From a bacterium (GTDB taxonomy: Bacteria > RBG-13-61-14 > DATKZS01): DNA of 37,271 bases. Location of the stretch: contig JAWOBU010000073.1 in NCBI GenBank assembly GCA_046484135.1, positions 1-37,271 of the forward strand, read 5' to 3'. Every line of letters begins with the position of its first letter. Position 1 is the first letter of the stretch. The notes beneath the pieces were generated by a model. That model saw only the letters and a program-made list of their open reading frames with translations, searched no databases and had not been told where the DNA came from. The translations under genes were made by a program, and so were the position numbers. Shown piece after piece: positions 8,746 through 18,347 of this stretch.

Positions 8746-10158
8746 ATGGAGAGCAGTTTATACGAGGAGATGGACAGTATTTTCCATCCCCGGTCAGTGG
8801 CCGCGGTGGGGGTCTCGGACAAGGTGACCAATCAGGGCATGAGCTTTCTACTCGGCCACCAGAAGCTGGGCTTTTCCGGCCCTGTTTATGCCATCCATCC
8901 GACCAAGACCATAAAGCGGTTTGAAACCTACCCCAACATAAAGGACGTTCCCGGCCCGGTGGACTACGTAAAGGTCTGCGTTCCTGCCCGGTCAGTGCCG
9001 GAGGTGGTCCGGGACTGCGCCGAGAAGGGGGTCAGGTGCGCGACCATTTTCAGCTCGGGCTTCCGGGAGTCGGGCACCGAGGAGGGCCGGGAGCTGGAGG
9101 ACGAGGTTGCCGCTATCGCCCGCCAAGGCGGCGTTCGGATCATCGGTCCCAACTGCATGGGCATTTACTCTCCGGAGTCGGGCCAGAGCATCCGGGTGGA
9201 CATGCCTGCCATCCCGGACGGCCGCATCGGCATGGTATCGCAAAGCGGGGGCGTAGCCATCAGCGCCGCCCTCATGGCGTCGGAGAAGGGAGTCGGTTTC
9301 TCGAAACTGGCGAGCTACGGCAACGAGTGCGATTTAGGTCCTCCCGAATTCCTGCATTATTTGTCCCGCGACCCCAAAACCCACGTGATCTGTCTTTACA
9401 TCGAGGGGACCCGGCGGCCGGACGAGCTCAAGGCCGCGCTCAAGGACGCGGCCGCCAGAAAGCCGGTGATCATGCTGAAAGGCGGGACCACCCGGACGGG
9501 CAACCGGGCGGTGGCCTCCCATACGGGCGCGATGACGGGCACTGCCGAGGTGTGGAAGGCACTGGCCGCGCAGTGCGGCTGCCCGGTGGCGGACGACCTG
9601 GACGAGATGCTGGACCTGGCTTACCTGTTCTCCCTGTCACGGCCGCCGAAAAGCAACAACATCTGTCTTTTTTCCGTGTCCGGCGGGTTCGGGGTCTTTG
9701 CCACCGACCAGGTCATAAACGCGGGCTTTAACATGCCCGAGCTCGACAAAAAGACCCGGGAGGCCCTCCTTCCCTACGTGGACGCTCCCGGCACCAGCAT
9801 AAAAAACCCGCTCGACCTGGCCGCCCAGTTCTTCCAGCCCCACAACTACCAGTACATCTTCCCCGCCCTGGACGCCGACCCCGGCGTGGACGCATATATC
9901 ATCATCTGCGCCATTGAGTATCTGACCTATCTTAACGAAAAGGCCTCCGAGTGGTCCGGCTTCATGGCCCGGTCCCTCATGGACGGCATGGCGACAATGA
10001 AAAAGCCGGTGTACGTGGTCTTCTACAACACCGTGCTTACCAGCGTAAGACACGAGCTGGAAAACGAGTTCATCGCCCGCAACTTCCCGGTTTTCCCGGA
10101 CATGGGACGTTGCTTAAAGGCCCTCCAGCGCTCCCGCGCCCGGCAGAGGAGGCCCTGA
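8746..10158 (+). CDS. Acyl-CoA synthetase (NDP-forming) alpha subunit / CoA-binding protein
   Basis: IFHPRSVAAVG, IIGPNCMG, SQSGG, ASHTGA (phospho-His) and NPLD; no ATP-grasp domain. Confidence 0.88.
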   Translation: MESSLYEEMDSIFHPRSVAAVGVSDKVTNQGMSFLLGHQKLGFSGPVYAIHPTKTIKRFETYPNIKDVPGPVDYVKVCVPARSVPEVVRDCAEKGVRCATIFSSGFRESGTEEGRELEDEVAAIARQGGVRIIGPNCMGIYSPESGQSIRVDMPAIPDGRIGMVSQSGGVAISAALMASEKGVGFSKLASYGNECDLGPPEFLHYLSRDPKTHVICLYIEGTRRPDELKAALKDAAARKPVIMLKGGTTRTGNRAVASHTGAMTGTAEVWKALAAQCGCPVADDLDEMLDLAYLFSLSRPPKSNNICLFSVSGGFGVFATDQVINAGFNMPELDKKTREALLPYVDAPGTSIKNPLDLAAQFFQPHNYQYIFPALDADPGVDAYIIICAIEYLTYLNEKASEWSGFMARSLMDGMATMKKPVYVVFYNTVLTSVRHELENEFIARNFPVFPDMGRCLKALQRSRARQRRP

Positions 10159-10246
10159 GAGCTTCCGCAATTCAAGCCGACCGGAAGAGAAACCTGAAAA
10201 GTAAACCGGAATCGTTACCTGCCGGCGGGAACGCCTCGGACCCCTC

Positions 10247-10287
10247 TTGCGGGACTGTTTATCATGGTCCATAATAAATGATAGACA
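10247..10287 (+). promoter_or_regulatory. Putative sigma70 promoter with an overlapping inverted repeat
   Basis: TTGCGG-17 nt-CATAAT; arms TGTTTATCAT (10256-10265) and ATGATAGACA (10278-10287) are 9/10 complementary. Confidence 0.5.
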
Positions 10288-10327
10288 CTTTGGGCGATCC
10301 GTTCTTTTCGGGGGGAGGAAGGTTGTT

Positions 10328-11710
10328 ATGAAGAAAACCTTAATACTGCTTTTAGGGGCGACACTGATATGCTCGCTGGGTTCCATGTGTGAAGCGCCCT
10401 CCGGTAGTGGGGAAGAAGGTATGTTTTCCGGAGATGAAACCTCGACCGCCACTCAGACCTGGGATATGTTGCTGTATCTGGAGGAGGAGGGGATTTGCCG
10501 GGACGGTCTTGCCGGTTCGGGTGCATCCGACCCGGACGTTCCCGCGGTTTACTTTCCGGGCCTCACCGTAAGCCGGAGCTCCTACGAGGTCGAGGGGGAG
10601 ATACCCGAGGTGAACATGCTTGGTTATTACCTGGTGCCTCCGGAGATGACCGGATCCCCTGCCTATGAGCTTGGCAGTCCCGTGCGGGTCAGGTTCAAGT
10701 ACCTGGCGGACGCTGACGGCCAGGGCGTCAACTACTTCCTGGTCCGGATCATGGACGGAGACCTTTTCCGGGTTCCCCTTAAAGCGACAGGCCGCGAGAT
10801 CGCCGCGGGCGAGCCCCGCACGGTTGATTTCAGCTATACCCCCGCCTCGCCGGACGAGTTCGGCCTTCAGTTTATAACCGGCTTGAGCTCCGGCACCGAC
10901 TCCATCTACCTGGACGAGCTCGAGGTCTTCGCCGGCGATACACTTCTTTTTTCCGACGACTTCGAGTCCGGGGACTACAGCGCCAGAGCGTCCCTTAATT
11001 CGCTTATCTACCGTATCCCGTTTTTCCCGCTTACTCCGGCCGGGTCGGTAAGCCTCCAGGACGGTCTTACCCTGGAGGGGACGAACACCCTCCGGTTCCA
11101 GGGCGGCCGGACCTTCCAGCTTTACGGCCAGGGGTCGGAGACCGAGGACTTCTCCGGCTTCATGGTGAACTACGTGCGTTCCGGCGTGTCGAGCTCCTTT
11201 TACGGGGAGAGCATGTTCATGGACCAGGGCAGCGTGCTCATGGGCGATTACTACGGCGTTGACAATGTAACGCAAACGACCTGCTCCGAGAGCGGGTTTG
11301 CCGTGGCTTCCGTCAACCCGAAAGGGAACGCGGACCTCTCCGGAGACTGGACCGTGAGCGTCCAGGCCGAGTGCGAGGAGCCCGACCTTTTCATCCCCGA
11401 TCCCGACACCGGAGGAATGCTGACTTACTCGGCCGCGCCTTTCTACGTCCAGCGCGTGCTCATGATCCACCAGGGAGAATCATTCAACTCGGTCTATGGA
11501 GACAGCATCTCATCGGTCATGGGGATAACCTCCGGGAACGCCGGCATGTTCGTGTTCTCCTGGGGGGACGACAACGCCGCCCGGCTCATGGGCTCCTATG
11601 ACAAGGAAACCGGCGTCCTGGCCGGCCAGCTCCAGGGGCAACTGCCGGTGGGCGGCCAGACCTGCACCATCAGCCAGGGCCGCTTCAGCGTGATGGTGGC
11701 TTCGCCGTAG
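10328..11710 (+). CDS. Hypothetical acidic, beta-rich secreted protein, probably a lipoprotein
   Basis: Start reassigned to ATG 10328 (GGAGG RBS); MKKTLILLLGATLICSLGSMC signal/lipobox-like sequence; no family recognised. Confidence 0.75.
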   Translation: MKKTLILLLGATLICSLGSMCEAPSGSGEEGMFSGDETSTATQTWDMLLYLEEEGICRDGLAGSGASDPDVPAVYFPGLTVSRSSYEVEGEIPEVNMLGYYLVPPEMTGSPAYELGSPVRVRFKYLADADGQGVNYFLVRIMDGDLFRVPLKATGREIAAGEPRTVDFSYTPASPDEFGLQFITGLSSGTDSIYLDELEVFAGDTLLFSDDFESGDYSARASLNSLIYRIPFFPLTPAGSVSLQDGLTLEGTNTLRFQGGRTFQLYGQGSETEDFSGFMVNYVRSGVSSSFYGESMFMDQGSVLMGDYYGVDNVTQTTCSESGFAVASVNPKGNADLSGDWTVSVQAECEEPDLFIPDPDTGGMLTYSAAPFYVQRVLMIHQGESFNSVYGDSISSVMGITSGNAGMFVFSWGDDNAARLMGSYDKETGVLAGQLQGQLPVGGQTCTISQGRFSVMVASP

Positions 11711-11770
11711 GGGAGTCCTTGATCCTCCAGTGGTTCTTCAACTCTGTTCTGTCGGACACCAAAGCCTCCG

Positions 11771-11807
11771 GTCGAACGACTTCAGTCACAAATAAGATCG
11801 CTCCCAC
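11771..11807. repeat. Degenerate REP-like element between convergent genes
   Basis: CGACTTCAGTC core and TCGCTCCCAC tail match the REP copies elsewhere in the window. Confidence 0.4.
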
Positions 11808-11851
11808 AAAAGAGCAGGCTGCTTAATAAGAGTTTTTTAGTTGACAGAATA

Positions 11852-13249
11852 TTATCCTTCACACTCGGCAATGGCGCGGTCGAGGCGCGAGAGGGTCTTC
11901 CCGCGGCCCAGGACCGAGAGGACCTCGAAGAGCCCCGGGCTGGCTGTGCCGCCGGTGACCGCCACCCGGACCGGCTGGGCGATCTTGCCCAGCTTGAGAT
12001 CGAGCTCCTCCATAAGCCCTTTGAAGGCTTCCTGCAGGGACTCCTCGTCAAACCTTTCCAGGCCTGCGAGCTTCTCCCGGACCTTTTGCAAGAGCTCCGC
12101 GTTTGCCGGCTTTAAAAACTTCTTTTTCGCCTTCTCCTCGTAGTCCACCTCTTCCACGAAGTAGTAGGCAGTGGTCTGGGGCAACTCCGCCAGGGTCTGG
12201 ACCCGCTCTTTATGAAGCTCGATCACCTTCTTGAACCTGTCGTCAAGCCGGACCTCGAGGCCGCGCTCCTCGTAAAAAGACAGGGCCAGCTCGGCAAGCT
12301 CCGACACCGGCCGCTCCCGGATGTAATGGCCGTTAAACCACAAGAGCTTCTCCTGGTCCCATACGCCGTGCGATTTGCTGAGCTCCTCCAGGCTGAACAA
12401 CTCGATAAGCTCGTCCATGCTGAAGATCTCCTGGTCTCCGTGGGACCACCCGATGCGGACCAGAAAGTTGCGGAGGGCCTCGGGAAGATACCCCATGTCG
12501 CGGTAGGCCACCAGGGAGGTCGCCCCGTGTCGCTTGGACAGCTTGGACCTGTCCTCCCCCAGGATAAGCGGATGGTGGGCGAACGCGGGAAGGTCGTAGC
12601 CCAGCGCCCGGTAGAGCAGTATCTGCCGGGGGGTGTTGTTCAAGTGGTCATTGCCGCGTATAACGTGGGTGATACCGAGATCATGGTCGTCCACCACCGC
12701 GGAGAAGTTGTAGGTCGGGGTCCCGTCGCTCCGCACCAGCACCAGGTCGTCCAGCTCGGTGTTGTCATAGACCACCTTGCCCTGGATAATGTCCCGGACC
12801 TCGGTCGAGCCCTCCTGCGGGCATTTAAAGCGGATGACGCGCGGCCGGTCCGGAGGATGCCCGGCCCCTTCACGGCACCGGCCGTCGTACTTGGGCTTCC
12901 TGCCTTCGGCAATCGCTTTTTCCCGCATCTCTTCTATCTCTTCCGGGGTGCACGAGCAGTAATAGGCGGTGCCCTCCGAGAGCATCCGCTCGGCCTCCCG
13001 CCGGTACAGGTCCATGCGGCCGGACTGGTAGACGGGATCGCCGTCCCAGTCCAGACCCAGCCAGGAGAGGCCCTCCAGGATGGCGGCGGTGTACTCGTCT
13101 CGGCTCCTCTCCACGTCCGTGTCCTCGATCCGAAGAATAAACCCGCCCCCCTCGTGCCGCGCGAAAAGCCAGTTGAAAAGAGCGGTGCGGGCGCCTCCGA
13201 TATGAAGGTGGCCGGTGGGGGACGGAGCGAACCGGCATTTTACTTTCAT
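11852..13249 (-). CDS. gltX: Glutamate--tRNA ligase
   Basis: RFAPSPTGHLHIGG, RIEDTD, HVIRGNDHLNNT, KLSKR and C-terminal anticodon-binding domain. Confidence 0.98.
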   Translation of the reverse strand: MKVKCRFAPSPTGHLHIGGARTALFNWLFARHEGGGFILRIEDTDVERSRDEYTAAILEGLSWLGLDWDGDPVYQSGRMDLYRREAERMLSEGTAYYCSCTPEEIEEMREKAIAEGRKPKYDGRCREGAGHPPDRPRVIRFKCPQEGSTEVRDIIQGKVVYDNTELDDLVLVRSDGTPTYNFSAVVDDHDLGITHVIRGNDHLNNTPRQILLYRALGYDLPAFAHHPLILGEDRSKLSKRHGATSLVAYRDMGYLPEALRNFLVRIGWSHGDQEIFSMDELIELFSLEELSKSHGVWDQEKLLWFNGHYIRERPVSELAELALSFYEERGLEVRLDDRFKKVIELHKERVQTLAELPQTTAYYFVEEVDYEEKAKKKFLKPANAELLQKVREKLAGLERFDEESLQEAFKGLMEELDLKLGKIAQPVRVAVTGGTASPGLFEVLSVLGRGKTLSRLDRAIAECEG

Positions 13250-13433
13250 CTTTTATGGGTCCTCCCGTTTCCTTAACTTAAAAGCCGATCTTTCATTTTA
13301 ACAGCTAAACCCGCTTTTCTCATCTTCCGAAGCTCTTTCAGCCGGCCGGCGCGTTCTCTTTTCGGCGGGGGGCTTTTCTGTTATGATCAGCTTTTAAAGG
13401 ATTGTCATAATAACGGGACAAAGGAGTGAAAAG

Positions 13434-13808
13434 ATGGGCCAGCCTGTTGTGATAGAAAGCGGCGAGATAAAGCTCTCCGCCGAGCTCAACGACTCGGAGA
13501 CCGCCAAGGAGATATCAGAGCTTCTTCCGCTTACAGGTACTATCAGGCGGTGGGGCGAGGAGCTTTATTTCTGCATCCCGCTTTCGCGCGGGCTTGAAAG
13601 CGACGCCCGCGACGAGGTGGAAGTGGGAGAGCTTGGTTATTGGCCGACCGGTGAGGCCTTTTGCATCTTCTGGGGACCGACCCCTGCAAGCGACGGGGAC
13701 AAGCCCAAGGCCGCGGGCCCGGTGAACGTCATCGGCATGGTGAAAGGAGACGCCACGGTCCTGTCCGCCACCCAAGCGGGAGACGAGATTAAGGTCTCTG
13801 CCGGCTGA
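13434..13808 (+). CDS. Cyclophilin-like fold protein (DUF369/TM1367-like)
   Basis: LPL...WGEELYF, GELGYWPTGEAFCIFWGPTP and VNVIG motifs; AAGGAG RBS. Confidence 0.85.
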   Translation: MGQPVVIESGEIKLSAELNDSETAKEISELLPLTGTIRRWGEELYFCIPLSRGLESDARDEVEVGELGYWPTGEAFCIFWGPTPASDGDKPKAAGPVNVIGMVKGDATVLSATQAGDEIKVSAG

Positions 13809-13879
13809 GCTCCTTTATATAAAGGCAAGGCGTACTAATATTAAATCAGGGAACCCTTGAAGAGGGTGTTCTTTCTGGC

Positions 13880-15424
13880 TTGGCAAGGAACCTGCTTGTG
13901 AAGATTCTCGGTTTAAATCCCAAAGACTTTTACGCCGGCTGGCCGGTACAGAGCGACTTCGGAAGGGAGCTCTACCGCACGCCTGCTCTCACCTTTCCGG
14001 TCTTGAAGCAGCTCTTGCCGCCGGGCCACGAGATGAAGTTTCTGGAAGGGTTTTTCGACCCGGTCCCCATGAGCCGCTACAAGGAGCTTATAAAGTGGGC
14101 GGACGTAGTGGGCTTCAACATCGCGAGCAGCTACGGGGCCATAAGCTACGGGGTGGCGATAAAGCAGGTCAAGCGCCTGAACCCGGACGCTTTTATTATA
14201 GCGGGCGGGCACCACACCATGATGTATCCGCGAAGGTGGCTCGACCTGGGCGTGGACCTGGTGGTGAAGGGGGAAGCCGAGCTTACCTTTGCATCCATCA
14301 TCGAGGAGGTCCAGGGCAAGAGAAGGTTCGAGCGCATTCCGGGAGTCGTGTTCAAACAGGACGGCGAGTACGTGGAGACCGCGCCTCCTCCGCAGATCGA
14401 GACCCTGGACGAATCTCCGGTGCCGGACTGGGACCTTATCAACTTCGAGGCCTTTCCGTGTCTCATCGAGCGGGGAGGCGGCTATACCGGCTCACTCGAG
14501 TGCTCGCGGGGATGCGTGTTCCGGTGCAAGTTCTGCGCGGTGCCGCCCTACTGGCAGGGGACCCAGCGGTACAAGTCTCCCGGCCGGGTCATGGAAGAGG
14601 TCAAACAGCTTGTGGCCCGCAACGTGCGCCAGATCAACGTGGTGGACGACGGGTTCGGCAACGACTTTGCTTACACGGACGAGCTCGTGGACGCTTTTTT
14701 GTCCTATCCGGACATGCCGGTCTGGAACGCTTTTTTACGGGTGGACACCTGCCTTTCCCACCCGGAGCTTATTGACAAGCTGGCCCGCTCCGGGATGAAG
14801 ACGACCCTTCTCGGGTTCGAGTCGCTTCATCCTGACGTGCTGAAAAGCTGCATGGGCAAGGGGATGCGACAGCGGCCCGATCTTTCCGACATGCAGCGGA
14901 TGTACCAGCGGTTCAAGAGAAACGGGATCATGGTCATCGGCGTTTTTATCTCCGGCCATCCGGACATTGACGAGGAAAAGGACACGCCTTACCGGCTGGC
15001 CCGGACCGTGTGCGACGACCCGCGGCTCGCCGACTACATGCCCTTCCCCGGGACCGCGGGCTTTGACGAGCTCAGCCAGAGCTATACGTTAAAGGACATG
15101 TTCTTTCACGACGTAAAGCTGCCGGTGTTTCCGGGCCAGAAGCTCAACGCCTTCAAGTTCAACCTCATGAACATCGTGGACGTTCCCAGGTCAATACACA
15201 TGCTCCGCTCCGGATATCATTACCGCTCCTACCTTTACTGGAGCCATCACCAGCTCTGGAAGAAGGCCCTGCGGGTAAACCGGATGAAGCTCAGGGACTA
15301 CATGCTGATGCGCAGAAAGGACCTCTCAGCAGACGAAAAGCAGGAGAAGCTCCTGGCCTGGTACCTGGATGACCCGGCCTACCAGCAGTGGCTGGACGGC
15401 CTTTCGAACAAGGTGTTCTTTTGA
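13880..15424 (+). CDS. B12-binding domain radical SAM protein
   Basis: AGGHH, GEAE, SRGCVFRCKFC, DDGF, GFES and PFPGT; TTG start uncertain. Confidence 0.9.
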   Translation: MARNLLVKILGLNPKDFYAGWPVQSDFGRELYRTPALTFPVLKQLLPPGHEMKFLEGFFDPVPMSRYKELIKWADVVGFNIASSYGAISYGVAIKQVKRLNPDAFIIAGGHHTMMYPRRWLDLGVDLVVKGEAELTFASIIEEVQGKRRFERIPGVVFKQDGEYVETAPPPQIETLDESPVPDWDLINFEAFPCLIERGGGYTGSLECSRGCVFRCKFCAVPPYWQGTQRYKSPGRVMEEVKQLVARNVRQINVVDDGFGNDFAYTDELVDAFLSYPDMPVWNAFLRVDTCLSHPELIDKLARSGMKTTLLGFESLHPDVLKSCMGKGMRQRPDLSDMQRMYQRFKRNGIMVIGVFISGHPDIDEEKDTPYRLARTVCDDPRLADYMPFPGTAGFDELSQSYTLKDMFFHDVKLPVFPGQKLNAFKFNLMNIVDVPRSIHMLRSGYHYRSYLYWSHHQLWKKALRVNRMKLRDYMLMRRKDLSADEKQEKLLAWYLDDPAYQQWLDGLSNKVFF

Positions 15425-15527
15425 TTCCTTTTTTTGACAATATAAGCGGCTTAAGATAAAAATTGAACACGCGGCCTCCAGGTGTGCGGCTGGCGAAGGA
15501 TGAAAAACCATAAAAGGAGAACCAAAC

Positions 15528-16403
15528 ATGGCGTCAAAGGACAAGGTTATCTTGACTGCAGCATTGGCAGGAGGAGCGACCACCAAATCCAACAACCCCA
15601 ACACGCCCTACACTCCGGAGGAGTTTGCGGAGGAGGCTTACCGTTGCTGGAACGAAGGTTGCTCCATCGTCCATATCCACGCCAAGGACCCCAAGGTGGG
15701 CATGGCCACTCCCGACCTGGACAAGATAAAACCCACTATCGAGGCCATCCGGAGCAGGGTGCCGGACCTCATCATCAACATGAGCTCGGCCATTTCCGCG
15801 GGGCTGATGGCGGAGCAGCGCATCCTGCCTATCGAGGAGTGCCGGCCGGACATGGCCTCGCTGAACACCAACACCATGAACTTCGCCATCGCGGACCACA
15901 AATCGGGCAAGGTCATGCTCGAGGTCATCTTCGAGAACACCTTCAAGATGCTGGAGGACTTCGGGCGGCGGATGAAGGCCGCGGGCGTCAAGCCGGAGCT
16001 CGAGGCCTACGATCCGGGCGGTATCCAGAACGCGCTCTTGATCCGGAAGCAGGGCGACGTGTTCGAGGAGCCTATGCACTGGCAGTTCGTGTTCGGCGTG
16101 GCCGGCGGGATGCCCTTCAGTCCGCTGGGCTATTGTCATATGAAGAGCCTGCTCCCGGAGGGCCACACCTGGTCGGTTTGCGGGGTCGGCCCCAACCAGT
16201 TCCCGGCGTGTATGCAGTCGTGCCTGGACGGCGGGCACATGAGGGTTGGTCTCGAGGATAACGTCAAGGTTCCCGGCGGAGAGCTGGCCCAGGGAAGCTG
16301 GGAGCAGGTCCAGTGGCTGGTAAAGCTGGCCGGCATCCTGGAGCGGCCGGTGGCGACCCCCGAAGAGAGCCGGGAAATTCTGAAGCTGCGGCCCAAAGAA
16401 TAG
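15528..16403 (+). CDS. kce: 3-keto-5-aminohexanoate cleavage enzyme family (BKACE/DUF849)
   Basis: ILTAALAG, NPNTPYTPEE, IVHIHAKD, PDMASLN, KPELE and HMRVGLEDN. Confidence 0.9.
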   Translation: MASKDKVILTAALAGGATTKSNNPNTPYTPEEFAEEAYRCWNEGCSIVHIHAKDPKVGMATPDLDKIKPTIEAIRSRVPDLIINMSSAISAGLMAEQRILPIEECRPDMASLNTNTMNFAIADHKSGKVMLEVIFENTFKMLEDFGRRMKAAGVKPELEAYDPGGIQNALLIRKQGDVFEEPMHWQFVFGVAGGMPFSPLGYCHMKSLLPEGHTWSVCGVGPNQFPACMQSCLDGGHMRVGLEDNVKVPGGELAQGSWEQVQWLVKLAGILERPVATPEESREILKLRPKE

Positions 16404-16404
16404 G

Positions 16405-17187
16405 ATGGACCACGAACTGCTGAAAGAACTGCTGGCGGACTACAAGGAGGGCCGTCTTTCCGAAGAGGAAGTGATATCCCGCTTGCGGGGCCTGCCTTTT
16501 ACCGACCTCGGGCATACCAAGGTGGACCATCACCGCGCGCTCCGGCAGGGGGCGGCCGAGGTCATATTCGCTCCCGGCAAAACCGGCTCCCAGATAGTGT
16601 CCATCATGAAGGAGATGGAAAAGGCGGGCTCCAAGATTCTGGTAACCCGGGTGTCGGCTGACCAGGCCCGGGCCGTCAAAAAGGCTTTTCCCAAGGTCTC
16701 TCACAACCGGACCGGCCGCACCATGCGCCTGCCGGCGGGCTCATCAAAGAAAAAGAAGAAAAATAAGGACCCCGGCGTACTTGTCCTCAGCGGCGGGACC
16801 TCGGACGCCCACGTGGTGGAAGAAGCCATGGAGACCCTGGACTGGCTGGGTCTCCCGGCCCGCTCCATACCCGACGTGGGGGTTGCCGGCATCCACCGGC
16901 TTCTGGCCTTCCGGGAAGACCTGGAGAAAGCAAAGGTAATCATAGTGGCCGCGGGAATGGAAGGTGCCCTGGCCAGCGTGGTGGCCGGCCTCGTGAACAA
17001 GCCGGTGATCGGAGTGCCGGTGGCGGTGGGCTATGGCGCAGGCATGGGCGGGTATGCCGCGCTTCTCGGGATGTTGAACTCCTGCGCCGCCGGCGTCAGC
17101 GTGGTCAACATAGACAACGGCTTCGGGGCCGCTTTTGCCGCGGCAAGGGTGCTGCGCCAGATGTCCGAACAGGAAAGCGGGAGATGA
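16405..17187 (+). CDS. larB: Nickel pincer cofactor biosynthesis protein LarB
   Basis: DHHRALRQG, EVIFAPGK, GTSD, DVGVAGIHR, AGMEGAL, LNSCAAG and NIDNGFGAA. Confidence 0.95.
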   Translation: MDHELLKELLADYKEGRLSEEEVISRLRGLPFTDLGHTKVDHHRALRQGAAEVIFAPGKTGSQIVSIMKEMEKAGSKILVTRVSADQARAVKKAFPKVSHNRTGRTMRLPAGSSKKKKKNKDPGVLVLSGGTSDAHVVEEAMETLDWLGLPARSIPDVGVAGIHRLLAFREDLEKAKVIIVAAGMEGALASVVAGLVNKPVIGVPVAVGYGAGMGGYAALLGMLNSCAAGVSVVNIDNGFGAAFAAARVLRQMSEQESGR

Positions 17188-18347
17188 GACAAGCTTATCT
17201 GGACTGCTTCTCCGGGATCTCGGGGAACATGGCCCTGGCCGCGGTCATAGACGCGGGCGTGAGCGCGCGTCTGCTCAGACAGGAGCTGAAAAAGGTGGTC
17301 CCTGACTTCACCCTTTCCGTAAAAAAGTCGGAGTCCGGGCACCTGGCGGGCACGCGGGTGCGGGTGGGCTATAAAAAGAAGCAGCCGGAGCGGCGGCTTT
17401 CCCACATCGAGGACATGATCGGAAAGAGCGGACTGGCAGAGGAAGTCAAGGGAAAAAGCATCGAGGTGTTCCGGAACCTGGCTGAGGCCGAGGCCGGGGT
17501 ACACGGCACTGATGTCTCGGAGGTCCATTTTCACGAGGTGGGAGCGGTAGACGCCATCGTGGACGTGGTGGGGACGGTGTTGGGCTTTTACCGGCTGGGC
17601 ATAGAAGAGGTTTGCTGCTCGCCTCTGCCGCTCGCCGGAGGCGAGGTCAGATGCGCCCACGGCACCCTGCCCCTGCCCGCGCCCGCGGTGGTCGAGCTTC
17701 TGAAAGGGGCCCCCGTCAAAGGCGCGGCCGGAGATGCCGAGCTGGTCACTCCCACCGGCGCGGCCCTGGCAATCACCCTTTCCTCCTCTTTCGGTCCGAT
17801 TCCTCCCATGACCCTGAAGAAGGCGGGAGTCGGCCTGGGAGATCATGAGCTCCAGGACCGGCCCAACCTGATGCGGCTTTTGATCGGAGAGTCGGCAGGC
17901 AGGGGAGAGAGGCTTCTGCAGATGGAGGCCGCCATTGACGACATGAGTCCCGAGCACTTTGACTGGCTTCTGGACAAGCTTTATCAGGCCGGGGCCCTGG
18001 AGGTGCTCTACATCCCGGCCCAGATGAAAAAGAACCGGCCGGGGGTCCTGGTGCGGGCGCTGGTGGAACCCGGCAAGTCCGAAGAAGTCCGGGAGACCCT
18101 GTTCAACCAGTCCACCACCCTGGGCATCCGGGAGCACGAGGTGAGCCGGGCGTCACTTTCCCGGCAAAGCATGAAGGTAGAGACGGAGTACGGTACGGTC
18201 CGGGTGAAGAAAGCGGTGCGGCCGGACGGCACGGTGCGGGTCCACCCGGAGTATGACGACCTGAAGAAGGCTGCGGACCGTGCAGGCGCCGGCCTTGCCG
18301 AGGTCGAAGAGGCGGTGCGGTCGTTATTTGCTGAAAGAGACAATTAA
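17184..18347 (+). CDS. larC: Nickel pincer cofactor biosynthesis protein LarC (nickel insertase)
   Basis: YLDCFSGISGNM, VHFHEVGAVD, AHGTLPLPAPA, ELVTPTG, MKKNRPG and PEYDD; ATGA overlap with larB. Confidence 0.95.
   Translation: MRQAYLDCFSGISGNMALAAVIDAGVSARLLRQELKKVVPDFTLSVKKSESGHLAGTRVRVGYKKKQPERRLSHIEDMIGKSGLAEEVKGKSIEVFRNLAEAEAGVHGTDVSEVHFHEVGAVDAIVDVVGTVLGFYRLGIEEVCCSPLPLAGGEVRCAHGTLPLPAPAVVELLKGAPVKGAAGDAELVTPTGAALAITLSSSFGPIPPMTLKKAGVGLGDHELQDRPNLMRLLIGESAGRGERLLQMEAAIDDMSPEHFDWLLDKLYQAGALEVLYIPAQMKKNRPGVLVRALVEPGKSEEVRETLFNQSTTLGIREHEVSRASLSRQSMKVETEYGTVRVKKAVRPDGTVRVHPEYDDLKKAADRAGAGLAEVEEAVRSLFAERDN

Noticed and set aside
7308..8831. 507-aa minus-strand ORF and similar long antisense ORFs (4819-6153, 10352-11470, 12212-13276, 17031-18137, 35504-36559)
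   Set aside because: They overlap well-supported genes on the opposite strand and have no recognisable motifs or RBS.
11711..11851. tRNA-Gln/Glu genes often found next to gltX
   Set aside because: No cloverleaf or T-loop consensus visible on either strand.
13809..13879. Cobalamin riboswitch before the B12 radical SAM gene
   Set aside because: The intergenic region is only about 70 nt and lacks a B12-box.
15528..16403. Lysine fermentation pathway
   Set aside because: No kamA, kamDE, kdd or kal nearby; the BKACE family covers many substrates, and this protein has Gly rather than the Kce Glu after ALAG.
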